From positions 3,162,001-3,226,000 of the forward strand of contig CP089274.1 of assembly GCA_023920165.1 (NCBI GenBank): 64,000 nucleotides of DNA, written 5' to 3'. The notes under the pieces were generated by a model that was given only the letters and a program-made list of their open reading frames with translations, was not told where the DNA came from and did no database searches. Made by a program: the position numbers and the translations under genes. The DNA is from Curvularia clavata (taxonomy: Eukaryota). This document shows, in pieces, positions 36,598 to 49,221 of the stretch; positions within the stretch are counted from its first letter, which is position 1, and the number at the start of each line of letters is the position of its first letter.

Positions 36598-36886
36598 CCT
36601 GTGTAAGAATTTATTCCAACATCGACTCCTATGTGATTATCTTCGCGTTATGTGTATACTACATGCTTGTACCCACTGGACAGGGATTGTCTTACCTAAG
36701 CATTCCAAGCCAATGACGTTCTTGCATGGCCAAAACTTATCGCGAACTTCATCTGGCAGCCGCATCGCATATACCCACCACCCACCTTTCACCCCGTAGA
36801 TCAACTAATAATGTATGTCCCCGAGAATATAATATAGGTCCGAAATGAAAGCTGACCGCGATACAGTTCTCTACACCCACAAAACG

Positions 36887-37196
36887 ATGCCTCCCAAGTA
36901 CATGACCGGCAAGGGCCGTACCGTCCAAGAGCCCAGCTTCGCCGCCAGCACCATCTCTATGTTCACCAGCAAAGAGAACAGGAGCATCGTCACCGCTGCC
37001 GGAATGTTCGCTGTAAGAAACCTCTCCGAAGATTGAGGAGGAGACATCGCAAACGTGTTTTGAGTGCACCCGAGGGGTTCAAGAGAGGATGTGTCAGAAG
37101 CGTGAAAACTCAATGACAAGGTGCTGACAATCGATCGTACAGCTTGGCGTTACCTTCCTACACAGCAGCTGGGCTGAGATCCTTCTTCCCGCATAA
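36887..37196 (+). CDS. TOM6: Mitochondrial import receptor small subunit Tom6 (59 aa)
   Basis: Intron 37013-37142 gives MPPKYMTGKGRTVQEPSFAASTISMFTSKENRSIVTAAGMFA|LGVTFLHSSWAEILLPA*, matching the filamentous-fungal Tom6 pattern (TSxEN..V...F...V.FL.SSW.E.L). Probable 5' UTR intron ~36813-36866. Confidence 0.85.
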
Positions 37197-39022
37197 ACGA
37201 AACAGCTTGACACCAAAGCACGAGATGAGATTTTCGCTGTCAACGAATATTTCGACGCCAAATCCGAAGATCCTGTGCGCGCGCGCAATTGGCGTGGCCT
37301 GGAACCAGGAATGAGGATTCGACGACTTTCTACGCCCATGTATACATACCATATTTCACGTCGAGGGAGATCAATGGATGGGCGTTCAGGTATACCATTG
37401 GAGAGAACAAAAACATAGCTGAACCCAAACGTGGTTCCAAGCACCTCTGTAACAACATGTAACAACAATCTCCCACCTACCTCCTGTCTCTCCCTTTCTT
37501 TCGTATCAATCTCGTCACCCCTCTCAAATCGATCTGTCACTACGTCACTCCCACCCACAGAGCCGCACACACTGAAACCCCACCTGCCTCACCCCCAAAT
37601 GCCAAGCCCTGTCTTCATGTCATTGCGAAAAAGAAAAGCTTGAACTTGATACTCGCACGGTTCTCTCCCCACTTATCGTCTTTGACTCGGTTCGCCTCGT
37701 TATTCGTCCCCTCCTTGTCCCGACACGTTCCAAGCTTGGCCCTGTGTTTCGGGCCCTTCGATACACCAAGCCCCCAACCTCATTCGAAGGCCCTTCCCGC
37801 CCCTTCCCAATCCCGATCTAGGAACTTGCCAAGCTTTAGACATGTAGATATGTGGCTTGCGATAATGGTGCCCATGACTATGAGCCCCTGTGCCTGTATC
37901 AGATTGCGGTAGGCTTGCCCCGATAGTCGTTATTCCTCCCCACGATAACCCGCACGGGGCCCCCTTACCTACGCCTCAGTAACTAAGGGGAAATAACGAA
38001 GAGATTAGATAGAACGAAAAAGAAAAGGCGAAACTTGGGGGCGGACAATAGATACGATCGGATAGATTCGGTTCCGTTCCCGTACTGCATCCTAACACCA
38101 AGTCATGTTGATGTGTTCTTTCACACGCTGGTCTCGAAAGGGAGAAGAGAAAAAAGCATGCATACGCAATGGGCGCGTAATCAGCGTATTGAAAGCGTAC
38201 ACGTGCTTGCGTGCTAACGTGGGCGAGGAGAAGGGCGCTCAAGTCCGTCCTTCTTTTTGGCGGCTGGGAAAATGCACCTATTGTACATAGCCGCCCGTTC
38301 TTTTCACACATGATCAATCGGACAACAAGACGCATCTTCCTCCCACGAAAGCGCGCAGCCAATTAGATCCTGTGATGCAGTTGCGTCAAGGTAGTGCACG
38401 TGGGGACTCTTGGCTTTCCTCTGCAGTCGGCTTTCCGAGCCCCAGGTACTTGGGCTGGCTGGCTGCAGGCTTTGCTGCGTTGTGCCGTAAGCGCTGGTGG
38501 CGCCTCGGACGTGTGATATTGTCTACCAAAGGACTTGAGAGCTGTATACCGCTATTTTTGCAGCGGAAGAAGACGACTGGCTACTGCGCGTGCCAGACTA
38601 CTGGAATTTGCAAAGTTGCGGTCAGGAAAGTAGTCGCCAATGTATACCTGGATGGTTTTCTCACAGTCACAAACGGCAAAGCACGAAAAAGTACTGGAAA
38701 CAGATCAAATCATTACTCCATTTGTACAACCCAGACAAAAACAGCCAACCTCTACAAATTTTTTTATAGATGGTGTGTGTGTGGGGATGTGTACGTGTGC
38801 GTGTGTTCGGATCAACAGTCCGGCTGCGGAAAATAGGTGTACAAAAATATAGGTCTTCGTTGTGACAAGAAAAGGACCAGGCATTAAGCTCGCTAGAATT
38901 ACAGCAACAAGATAACATGGCCATCCTCAAGATGGCCACAATCAGACCTTATCAAGAAGGCATACAAGAATGATAACAGGAAAATGTGTCGTAAACAAGC
39001 GTGATGCTGGGGTATCTTTAGT

Positions 39023-40880
39023 CTATACTTCTCTAACCCAAACCTAAGGATATCGTTAGTATATGTTATTCCATCCGAGTACAAGTATTGGCGGTGACTT
39101 ACCTCCATCTTGGCCATATCTGAGCCTTCCTTTCTAGCAATGCTCTTTGCTGTCTGAATAGCCATGTCCAGATCGTCTTGATCAGCCATGGTAATCATAT
39201 CGCCCTCATCCTTGAACTCGAGCTTGAACTTGTTCCGGACGCCAAACTTCTCTCGAATTTGTTGCCAGAATTCAGTGATGAGCTGATCAGAGTTGATGAA
39301 GACGTAGCGTGTGTCAGTAGAGTGAACCTTCACTCGAATCTTGCTGCCCGCACCACGGTTGTTGGCACCGGACCTGGTAGACCTCGCCGGTGATCGTCTC
39401 CTTGATTTGGTGCGTGGCATCATTTCGAACTCGGCATCGTCAAGATCACTACCATCGTAGTCGTCTTCCTCCTCCTCTTCAATGTACGCTGGCCTCCTAC
39501 TTTGTTTCGAGCGGGTGTATGCACCGCGGCTTCCACGCGCTGGCGGATAACCATCGTCATCATAGTAGTCGTCGATAATGTCTTCGTCGGAGCCACGGCG
39601 GCGTTGTCTGCCGTAATCGCGATCGCGTGGGTCACGATCGCGGGGTTCTCGGTCTCGCACATCGCGCTGTCCCCGGTCACGAGTGGACTCCGAGCGACTT
39701 GGCGGTGGTCGCTCCGAGGCAGAGCGCTGTGTTGGCTGGCGGCGAGGTGGATCTTGGCTGCCTGGTTGGTCAAAGGCAGCACGCCCAAGGTTCAGAGGCT
39801 GAGGCTTGGGGCCACCGCCTCGAACAGATTGTGCACGGCTCATAGGAGCATCGGCACCAGCTGCAGGTCGTCCCCCAGCAGATCTCCTCTCAGCAGACCT
39901 CCTGTCTGCCTCGGGTGGTGGCGTAGGTGGGAAAACGTTACGGTTCAGCGGGGGTTCTGACTGCTGGCGTGCTCGGCTCTGGAGCTCAGGCTTGACCAGG
40001 TTGGTCGCAGCATACGAGATCTTGTCTTCAGACCTATCATCCTTTGCAGCCTGGCCTCCCTTCTTGATCTCAGCGCCGGTGAAACCAGTGAACGCATTAG
40101 ACCTGTCTGATGCAGCAACGAGGCGAGCCTTTCCAAGGTAATCCTTCGTTTTCAAGTTCTTGACTTTGGCTTCGTTGGGTCGGTAGACGATGCCGACGGG
40201 AATAGAGAAGACAGTGTATCCCTAGAGGGTTGTTGTCAGTTCGCAGCTCGATGCTACAAGTGAAGAGCCACATACCTCAGCCTCCTCTCGAATGGCCTCG
40301 TCAATCACATCGTGGTCAGGGACTACCTTCTCCTTTGCAGCAAAAGAAAGATCCTGCAGACCAGCATCCCTTTGTTGGAGGTAGATGTAGCAGAGACCAC
40401 GGTTGAACAGGACCTCGCAAGAGTACAGTTTGAATTTCAGGCCCAGCTGTTCGTAGTCGATGTTGTTGTTTCCGCGAAGATATAACAGTGTGTCGTTGAA
40501 GTTGGCGAGGGCCTCCTCGAAGTCGCCCATGAGGAAGTTGGACACACCCTGCTGGAAGTAGGCGACTGCGAGATACTGGTCCAGACGCACAGCGCGCTGG
40601 TAGCATTCGACCTACGTTGTCCTGTCAGTACGTTCGTCCTACTTCGACAGCGTTTACAAACAACTCACCGCCTTCTCGTGCTCGCCGAGTGTAGCATGGA
40701 TGACACCGCAATTGAACAAGATCTTGGATGTGTCGGAGATCTGTTCAAAGACCTTCAAGGCCACGTCGAATTCGTTGTTGTCGTAGCTGGCGAGGGCTGC
40801 CACCCAGGTTTCGATTTCCTGTCCCGCTATCAGCAATTGAAGGCAATGGGAGCCGTTGAACACACCTGTTTCAGAGACAT
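39023..40880 (-). CDS. noxR: NADPH oxidase regulator NoxR/Nor1 (p67phox-like; TPR + PB1)
   Basis: MSLKQ|EIETWVAALASYDNNEF...SKILFNCGVIHATLGEHEKA...YLAVAYFQQGVSNF...IDYEQLGLKFKLYSCEVLFNRG; C-terminal PB1 KIRVKVH...FKDEGDMITMADQDDLDMAI; last exon VWVREV*. Confidence 0.95.
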
Positions 40881-41877
40881 GACGAGTGATGTTCACTTGT
40901 TTACCCGGCAGTATGGTGTCGTCAAGCCTCGGCTTACTCTCACTATCCCGCTCTTACACTTTGTCTTCCGCTATCAGTCCACTTTGCGAGGGGTCGTGTG
41001 TTCCTTCTCTCACGCGAGTATGGAGGGTTTGGGGACCGATTATGGCAAGTTAACGGTGTAGCCGCCGGGGCCGTTCTAGGGGTACAGTGCTGTCGATTAC
41101 GGGCTGCGACGGATTGTGCGGTAAGAGCAGTATTAGCACGTCGGGGCGGCGAATGCGCTGCTCTCGGTGCGGTTCGCGGTGAAATAATAAACGATTGTGT
41201 GGTGCGAACGATTAGAGCACAGTTGGAGGCCGGAAGAGAGGGAAGAAGGTTTCGATGGCGGCACACAAAAGAGACAGGGGACGGTGGGCATTTGGCGGGC
41301 GGTTGCAGGAGGGCTCCAGGTGGGGAGACCAATTCTGAGGACCATGGCGTTTGAGGCACAAGTCTTGGCTGGCACCGCGCCCTCGGCGTGTGATTGGATC
41401 CCTGCACAGTGGAGCCGTCGTCCACAGCGCTTCGAGCATGCTCCCAAGACGCCGCAACCGGGCCAAGTCGTCCATGGCACCACCACCATCCCATTTCCTC
41501 TGCGACGACGCCAGCGCCTCTTCTCGAGCGCCCCCTCTCGCCCTCGTGCTGGCCATGGGGGCGGGCTGACGTCGGCGTGCAATGGCAGCCACCGGCCGGC
41601 CCCCTTGCGAGCCTCCCGTGACAGCGTTTGAGGTTTGTTACATGGCGACCAGCCGACTGAGACAGCCACGTGACAGCCACCTCTGCCAGCCAGTCATCCC
41701 CTCGCCTGGGGCTCTCAGGCATGAATGCATGACGATTCCAGGCCTCACCCAGTCTACGGTCGCGCAGCCGTAGTTTCGGCCCAGATTTCAAGGTGTGCGC
41801 CTCATCTTGCTCCCACATCATTCACGGCACTTCAACGGCACATTGTCTTGCTTGGTACATCTTGGTATATCTTACTC

Positions 41878-42856
41878 TTACAGCATCCCGCGGTCGCGCT
41901 GCTCCTCGCGCTCCTGCCACACCGTCTTGCCTGAACATGAGCATACCGTCTTGTCGTCTGTCGCGTGCCAAGGTTAGCAACCGGGCGCCGAGAAGACGAG
42001 ACGGACCAAAAAAGCAGAACACGTGGGGAGGACGGAGGCACTTACTATCCCAGACACCTGCGCTGCGTGCAATGACTCCGACTAGCGTATCCGCATCGTT
42101 CTTGTCGAGCTGTAGTACGTTAGATTAGATAAAGCTGAGCAAGCTGGTGACGCATACCTTTCCGTCCTGTTCTCGTGCGACCACGATGCTGCGTCCGATC
42201 ATTTCCCAGATGTGGATGGGCTTGTCGAGAAACACCGATCCCACTCCACCCTTTCCTACCTGAACGGTTCCAAAGATGCCTCGACAGGGCTTGTTGTCCC
42301 TTTGTGACTGAGCGAGTTCCCAAACAGCACCGGTCGATTCAGGCCCCTCGGAGATGTTTCCTGACTCACGCACTGTGGCATGATAGGTTCCAGGTGACAG
42401 TCCTCTTATGCTCAAGTCGATAATGGTCATACCGGGAGCAACTTCCACCATCCGCACCAGCCCGCGAACCTTGTTCTGAACCTGTGGCGCGTGTGATTCT
42501 AGAATGCACACTGCAGCACCTGCAATATATACGTTAAAATTCATGTCCAGTGTATAGGTGCCAAGACACGTTGAACTTACTGTCGGACTTGCCCGAACCC
42601 CGAAGCACAGCATCACGGCCAGTAGCTTGAATAGCCTCCACGATTGCGGATGGTGGTGCTGTGCCCTCAATCGATACTAGTTGTTGGTCGAGGTTGGCTG
42701 TGACTTTGTTGATACCTGCGTTCTGTTAGAAGCCGAATGACGTGCATTGGTCGCGCTCGTACCACTCAACTGCTGTAGAGAACCTTCAATGTCGTTGATG
42801 CATGACTGGCAGGTCATCGGCACTGCAAATATCGTCTCGAAAGGTGGGACAGTCAT
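41878..42856 (-). CDS. CCS1: Copper chaperone for superoxide dismutase
   Basis: HMA motif PMTCQSC; SOD-like domain; C-terminal [28 protein letters not shown] (CXC); four introns. Confidence 0.95.
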
Positions 42857-43200
42857 GGCGAAAAAAATGAAGTAAGATAATGTCTAAATCTTGAGTGTGG
42901 AACAAAGAGACAAAACGTCAAGACGTGAACATGCCACTTCGCCTTGACCTCGCTTTGAAATCCACACCCGAATCCCCGCCGAACATGGATGTCGGGCGCG
43001 GGAGCAGCATCTTATCAGTCATGTGACTGCGTTCTGGAAATTGTTCGCAACTGGGCTTGGCATCAACCTCCGCTGCTGCAGCGATCACGACCGCCCGCAT
43101 CTACGGCCAAAACGCCTCCCGGACAGCCATAAGGCTACTTGCAGTTTTCCCTCCGGCGGAAGGAAATTGGAATTGTAGGCCATTGGCCTCATAGCACATC

Positions 43201-43842
43201 ATGTCGCAAGTCGTAGGCAAGGTACATACACCATCGGACCTCCGCATGCTATTATCCAGGCTCTCACAGCCGCTATCCTCTGCTCAACGACATATTCTTA
43301 CTTTTCCTATCGCCATTAACAAATTTTTGTAGACGCGCTTAGCGTATGCCCGCTCATGGCACCATCTCGACATCGGCAGCGACCCACGAGCCCTCGGCCG
43401 TGTCGCCTCGTCCATCGCCCTGACCCTTATGGGCAAACACAAGCCAATCTTCGACCCTTCTACCGACTGCGGCGACTATGTCGTCGCCACCAACTGCGCC
43501 GCCCTGCACACCACCGGCAAAAAGCGCACCCAGAAACTCTACCGCACACACAACACACGACCGGGGTCGCTCAAAGAGATCTCCATGGCCAAGCTTATGG
43601 AGAAATGGGGTGGTGGAGAGGTCCTGAGGAAGGCAGTGAGCGGTATGCTGCCGAAAAATAGGTTGAGGAAGGAGAGGCTGGCGAGATTGAAGACGTTCGA
43701 GGGAAGGGCACATCCGTATAAGCAGAATTTGATTAGGGTGGAGAATGGTGGTGGGCAGAGTATATTGGAGCATCATGATGTTAAGAGGACGTTTGCACAG
43801 GCGAGGCCATCGTCAAAAGATGCTGCGGCACCGGCTTCATGA
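43201..43842 (+). CDS. MRPL23: Mitochondrial ribosomal protein uL13m
   Basis: [17 protein letters not shown]...[20 protein letters not shown]...[13 protein letters not shown]; intron 43222-43331. Confidence 0.93.
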
Positions 43843-44355
43843 CGGAGTGTGGAGGTAGTTGAGGGTTAGGGCATGGGTGATGCTGTGTAGAATATCAAGC
43901 ATGTAATAAAGGTTGCATACATGAGCGTGAAATGAATAAACGCCTTTTTTTTCTTCTAGAGTCTAGAATCAATATGAGAATCAGTTGGCAAACACACTTT
44001 ATAGTGGCTGTAGTTAAGCTTGTTCTAGTAGAAGTAGTTCAAGAAGAATGGGAAAGACATCGATTTCGACTATTACAGTTCATTCTTCTAACATGGCCGA
44101 GGCCTCCCCAGCACCACCCATGGTAGCGCGTTTATACACACACTATGACCGCCCCCATCGTTCAGCCGTCAAGTGCAAAAGAAGATCAAGTACGCAAATT
44201 CCGTTCGCCTGAAGCAAGAACCGCTATGCAAAAAGCCTATCTTGCCCATGAGAAACAATAACGCCATGAATGCCATTCTGAAACTCCTGATCCGAAGGAG
44301 AACACGAATAATTTAGAAGGAAGAGAGAAAAACCGGAGACTTCTCAGCGTACTGC

Positions 44356-46356
44356 TTACTCCTTTTTGCTGGCGAGGACACTGTACTGTCCACCGCAGCC
44401 GGCCCAGGTAAGCTTCGTCTCCCGAACGGCAGTGTTGTCGATCATAGTTGGGACCTCGATATCATCATCGGTTCCCTGGCCAGTCTGGTAGTTGGCCGAA
44501 AAGCCCCATGAGTAGGCCTTGCCGTTCTTGTCAATGACGATGCTGTGATCAGGGCCACATGCGCCGGTGACAATGTCCTTGAGATTTGGAAGAGGGGTGG
44601 GTTGGACGACAATCTTGGGCTTGCCGTTATTCTTCAACACTTTCTCTTCGTCTGTCTCGGCATCGAGCTGCGATGAGGGAAGACCAGTCTGCGAACCATC
44701 GCAACGACCCCAAACAAGCACCTGTCCATCCTTGGTGATAGCAAGGTTGTGGTGCGCGCCTGCAGCCAGTGACTCTACCGACTTGCCTTCGAGGCTGTGA
44801 ATGATCTTAGGCTGGAGAACGCTGGCATCCTCTGCACCCGCATTCTCAGTGTAGCCAGTTTCGCAGTAGTTGTTCGCGCCCCAGGCCCAAACGTGTCCAT
44901 CCTCTGCGATTGCCAGACCGTGGTAATCGCCGGATGCGAGGTATGCAATTTTCTGGCTGTGCTTCTTAATCGACGTATCGTGGAAACCAATCCTGTTGGG
45001 CTGGAGGGCTTGATGCAGATTGCGCTCCGTTACACGGCGGCCAAGTTGGTTCTGTTGACCATTGCCCCAAGCATACACGTGCTTATCCTTGTCCAGGACG
45101 TAGACATGGTTGGTACCGCAAACAATCTGTGTGACCTTCTTCACCATATCGAGGTAGACAGGGCGAGGCGCAGTGTGGTTGCCGCGCTCAAAACCAAGGA
45201 TGCCTTCGTTTTTGCGGAAAGTACCCCAGCCATACACAGCTCCCTCAGTCGTCAGGGCAAAAGAGCAGCTGTCGCCAGCAGCAACGTCGACGAAGGTAGT
45301 GTCTTCAGGGAAGAATTCGGCGGGAATAGGCTTCGGGGTGGCCTCCTCGTCATTCAGACCACCAGTCTCATCTTCTGAATCGGAGTCGGAATCGTCTGCA
45401 TCAACGTCGCGCATCTTGACATTGGCCTTGGATGTGTCACGGCCGAGCGCGCCATTGTCATTGACACCCCATGTCAGGATCTTGTTGTCCTTGGTTAGCG
45501 CAACAACGTGCATACCACCCGCAGCGATCCTGACAACATTCATGTTGGTGAGGGCCTCGTTGTAGCGTGGTCGCTTTACGTCAATGGCTTTCCTCGTCGC
45601 GCCAAATCCAAGCTCGCCAGAGCTACCCTCACCAAACACGAAAACCTTGAGAGGCTCGGTATAGCGAATTGGGTTGATTTCGGTCTTCTTTCCCTTTAAG
45701 CGTCTTGGGCCCTTGGGGTTTGGAACGAGAGCAGGATTGACAGTGACCTTGGGCTCAGCCTCGGTCGGTGGTGTTGAGGTTTTTGACTCGGCCTTGGAAG
45801 GAGCTTCAGGCGAGGGCTCTGGCGACGCTTCGGGCGATGCTTCAGCTGCAGCTTCAGGAGCGGGCTTGGGAGCAGCCTTTGGCGCGGCTTTTGGCGCAGC
45901 CTTCGCACCGTTGACCTTGGCCTTCTTCACAGCGGGCGCGGGAGCCTCCTCTGCCTCGGGCTCGCTCTCCTCATCCTTCTTGCGCTTTGTTGTCTTCTTA
46001 GGCGCGGCCTTTGGCTCGGCAGCAGGAGTTTCGGTCTTCTTTGCGCGACTGCGCGCAGCAGCTACAGGATTCTTAGCGAGTGATGGCTTAGATTTGAACG
46101 CGTCGCCCTTACGCTTTTGAGCTGGTGCTTCAGTCTTTTCATCGACAGCCTCGGTCTGCTCGGCTATGCCGTTGGCAGTGGGCGCGTCGTCGTCTTTCTT
46201 TGCGCCTTTTCGGGCGGCTGGATTGCCCTTCAGTTGGCGCTTCGTTACTCGTGATGGGTGGTGTGACGTACTCGTGCCATTGGCTTTGACTTCTTTGGTG
46301 GCTTTCTGTTCAGAAGGCTTTGCGCTGGTAGCGCGAGATGCAGCGGTTCGAGCCAT
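44356..46356 (-). CDS. SRM1: Ran GEF RCC1/Pim1/Srm1 with a long Lys/Ala/Pro-rich N-terminus
   Basis: RCC1 repeats VFVFGEGSSGELGFG, AAGGMH..LTWGVNDNGALGR, YSWGFSANYQTGQG, GCGGQYS; intronless; tetrapeptide repeats KAAP/EASP at ~45800-45910. Confidence 0.9.
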   Translation of the reverse strand: MARTAASRATSAKPSEQKATKEVKANGTSTSHHPSRVTKRQLKGNPAARKGAKKDDDAPTANGIAEQTEAVDEKTEAPAQKRKGDAFKSKPSLAKNPVAAARSRAKKTETPAAEPKAAPKKTTKRKKDEESEPEAEEAPAPAVKKAKVNGAKAAPKAAPKAAPKPAPEAAAEASPEASPEPSPEAPSKAESKTSTPPTEAEPKVTVNPALVPNPKGPRRLKGKKTEINPIRYTEPLKVFVFGEGSSGELGFGATRKAIDVKRPRYNEALTNMNVVRIAAGGMHVVALTKDNKILTWGVNDNGALGRDTSKANVKMRDVDADDSDSDSEDETGGLNDEEATPKPIPAEFFPEDTTFVDVAAGDSCSFALTTEGAVYGWGTFRKNEGILGFERGNHTAPRPVYLDMVKKVTQIVCGTNHVYVLDKDKHVYAWGNGQQNQLGRRVTERNLHQALQPNRIGFHDTSIKKHSQKIAYLASGDYHGLAIAEDGHVWAWGANNYCETGYTENAGAEDASVLQPKIIHSLEGKSVESLAAGAHHNLAITKDGQVLVWGRCDGSQTGLPSSQLDAETDEEKVLKNNGKPKIVVQPTPLPNLKDIVTGACGPDHSIVIDKNGKAYSWGFSANYQTGQGTDDDIEVPTMIDNTAVRETKLTWAGCGGQYSVLASKKE

Positions 46357-46760
46357 TATTCGCGACAAACAAAGCTTGATGCGCGTAAAAAGGTTCGAGT
46401 CGACGGCTGTTGTGGGAGGTTGGTGTTGTCGAGGCGGAAAAATGTTGAACTATTTAGTAGAGTTGGCGCTAGACTTCACATGGGCCCGCACGCCTGCAGC
46501 TACGGCCCGCCAGCTTTCACCGAGGACGCCGCCGCCTGATTGGTCGTTTGCCATTCATTGACCGCGTGCACCTCGAAGCCCGCAGCATCTCGCATTGTCT
46601 GCTTCCATCACTTTCCCATCGCCTCCTGGTCACCTCGTGCATCCAACTTCTTACGTCATATTGCTCAACTGTACATCCAGACACCCTGGAGCCTAGATGG
46701 TAGCCTAGCTGTAGGCGCGTTCAGTACAGGGGCAAACAATACAACCTGTCCATCTCTTTC

Positions 46761-48830
46761 ATGATGTTTCGCCGGCTCTTTGTTATTGCTGCTCTTCTAA
46801 AAGGGGCTGTTTGCGTTCAGCCGGAAGCGCCACCCCCCAAAGCGGCTCCCCTGCGTGATCTGCCGTGGGCCCAACTCAACTTCTTGCACACCACCGACAT
46901 CCATGGCTGGTGGGGAGGTCATTTGCAAGAGTACGTGATAGCTTCCTAGGTTCTGCTTGACAAAGTCGTGCCTTTCTCCATCAGAACAAAAGTGCTTCGT
47001 CGTGTCCTGAGTTCTCATTCTTTTTCTATCAATCAGTACTACAATGTGATTTCTGACCGACATTAGAGCATCCTACTCCTCTGACTGGGGCGACTATGTC
47101 TCCTTTGCCAAGCACATGCGCGACAAAGCAGATGCTGATGGATCTGATCTATTACTCATCGACACTGGCGATAGGGTAGAAGGTAATTTAAATATATGAA
47201 GTACACATGAACTTGACACTGACCTTGCTGCTCTACTTGTACAGGCAATGCAATCTACGACTCCTCGAAACCTAGAGGAAAGTTTACTTACGAGATAGCC
47301 AAAGAGCAGAAAATTGACCTGATAAGTTCTGGCAACCATGAGCTGTACAAAGCCGATACCGCTGAAGGAGAGTTCTTCCATACAGTGCCAGATTTCAAGG
47401 GTAATTACTTGGCTTCCAATCTCGATATTTACAACCCCAAGACCGGGAAATTGGAACCCCTCGCTCAACGGTACAAAAAGTTTACTACCAAGAACCAAGG
47501 GATCCGCATCCTAGCCTTTGGCTTTTTGTTCGATTTTACAAGCAACGCGAACAACACCGTGGTCCACAGAGTAGAAGATACCGTGAAAGAAGAATGGTTT
47601 ATAGAAGCACTAAAAGACCGGGACGTGGACCTTATTATAGTATTTGGCCATGTCGACATCCGCTCTCCAGAGTATGCCCTGCTTTTCTCCACAATCCGGT
47701 CTTCTCACTGGGATACACCCATTCAATTCTTTGGAGGCCATACTCATATCCGGGACTACAAGATATTCGACAGCAAGTCAGTAGCTCTTGAGAGCGGCCG
47801 GTACATGGAGACAATTGGTTTCATGTCTATTGATGGCCTCAGCACCGGAGGGACAAAAGACGTGGCACCTGTGCCTCAAAGCTCAAAGCTTACGTTCTCT
47901 CGTCGCTACATTGACAACAATCTGTTCTCTATGCACTATCACAGTGGTAAAGATGACAAGACCTTCCCAACCGAGCACGGCAAGAAGGTATCAAAGTCTA
48001 TTGGCGATGCTAGAGAATCTCTAGGCCTTGGCAAAGTGTATGGCTGTGCACCACAAGATTTATGGATCAGCCGTAGGCCATATCCTCACAACGAGAGCAT
48101 CTTCACCTGGATTGAGGAGCAGCTCTTGCCCCAGACAGTCGAGAAGTCTGATCGCATCCGCGCTGGTGGTAAAGCATTGGTCCTTACAAACACTGGCGCT
48201 ATTCGTTTCGACGTCTTCAAAGGTCCCTTCACCAAAGACACCAAATTCCTCGTCTCACCATTTACTAGTGCGATTCACTACATCAAGGATGTACCGTACA
48301 AAGCAGCCAGTCAAGTGTTGAAACTGCTCAACAACGAAGGGCCGATCCTATTGGAGATGATGGAGAGCAAAGCACTGCTCCAGCCTCCAGAGGTCTTTGC
48401 AGCAAACTCCAGGCCGCATATGTTCCAAGTGCTTGACAATGCTTTCGCAAAACCCAACCAAGGTCAAGCGCCTCTCAACAATAACGACGACGAACCAAAA
48501 CCTTTCCCAGGCTATACAACAAAAGACGATGCCGGTACAGATGGTGATGATACAATTCACGAGCCGATCGCCTTCTATAACGTGCCTAACTGCATCCAAT
48601 CAGCAGTTGGATTCGATCCCGCCAATACCAAGGATCAGGAGCCTGAGACTGTTGATCTCATGTACAACCAATTCATGGAGAAATGGATTCTGTTGGCGTT
48701 AGAGTATCTGGGCCAAAAGCACAGCGTCAAGGATGCGCTAGTATTCGATGATGGAAAGAGCTTTACTGATATCATGACGGACTGGGTAGAGGAACATTGG
48801 GGTAGGGATGGGGGCAAATGTGAGGTGTGA
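46761..48830 (+). CDS. Secreted calcineurin-like metallophosphoesterase / 5'-nucleotidase (YHR202W-like)
   Basis: Signal-peptide-like N-terminus; LNFLHTTDIHGW, IDTGDRVEGN, SGNHELY and FFGGHTH motifs; introns 46931-47066 and 47183-47244. Confidence 0.88.
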
Positions 48831-49221
48831 TGAGTTTATGAGTAGTTTTAGGTATATCTATCCGCAGCTAATCTTAAGAATATCACTACTATCATTGAAA
48901 TGCACATGTTTTGCATGACTGTAATTCTTCAGGGACAAGTGGTGCTTGAATGAAGTTGTATGACACTGCTCACAAAGGCCATTTGAGAGGCCACATGCCT
49001 GACGACGCTGCTATAGGCATATAGCTTGGACAGACTACATTGAGCGCAGAAAGGGCAGCATAGGCCCTGCGTCTATCACATGCTTCATGCCCTGCAAGTC
49101 TCCAGTTGTGCCTCAGAGAAATTCCTCGGCGCAAACCAATATCTTTCGCCCTAATAACGCCGTGCCATGTAAATGCATGCCTGACCCAAACTCCAGATTG
49201 TTCGTTCACATCGTCTGTCAA

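Noticed and set aside
37640..37650. TGAACTTGAT resembling the 3' part of a TPP riboswitch
   Set aside because: No upstream CTGAGA element and no thiamine gene nearby.
40943..41821. 292-aa ORF between CCS1 and noxR
   Set aside because: Arg/Pro/Cys-rich translation typical of GC-rich promoter/UTR DNA, with several overlapping ORFs on both strands.
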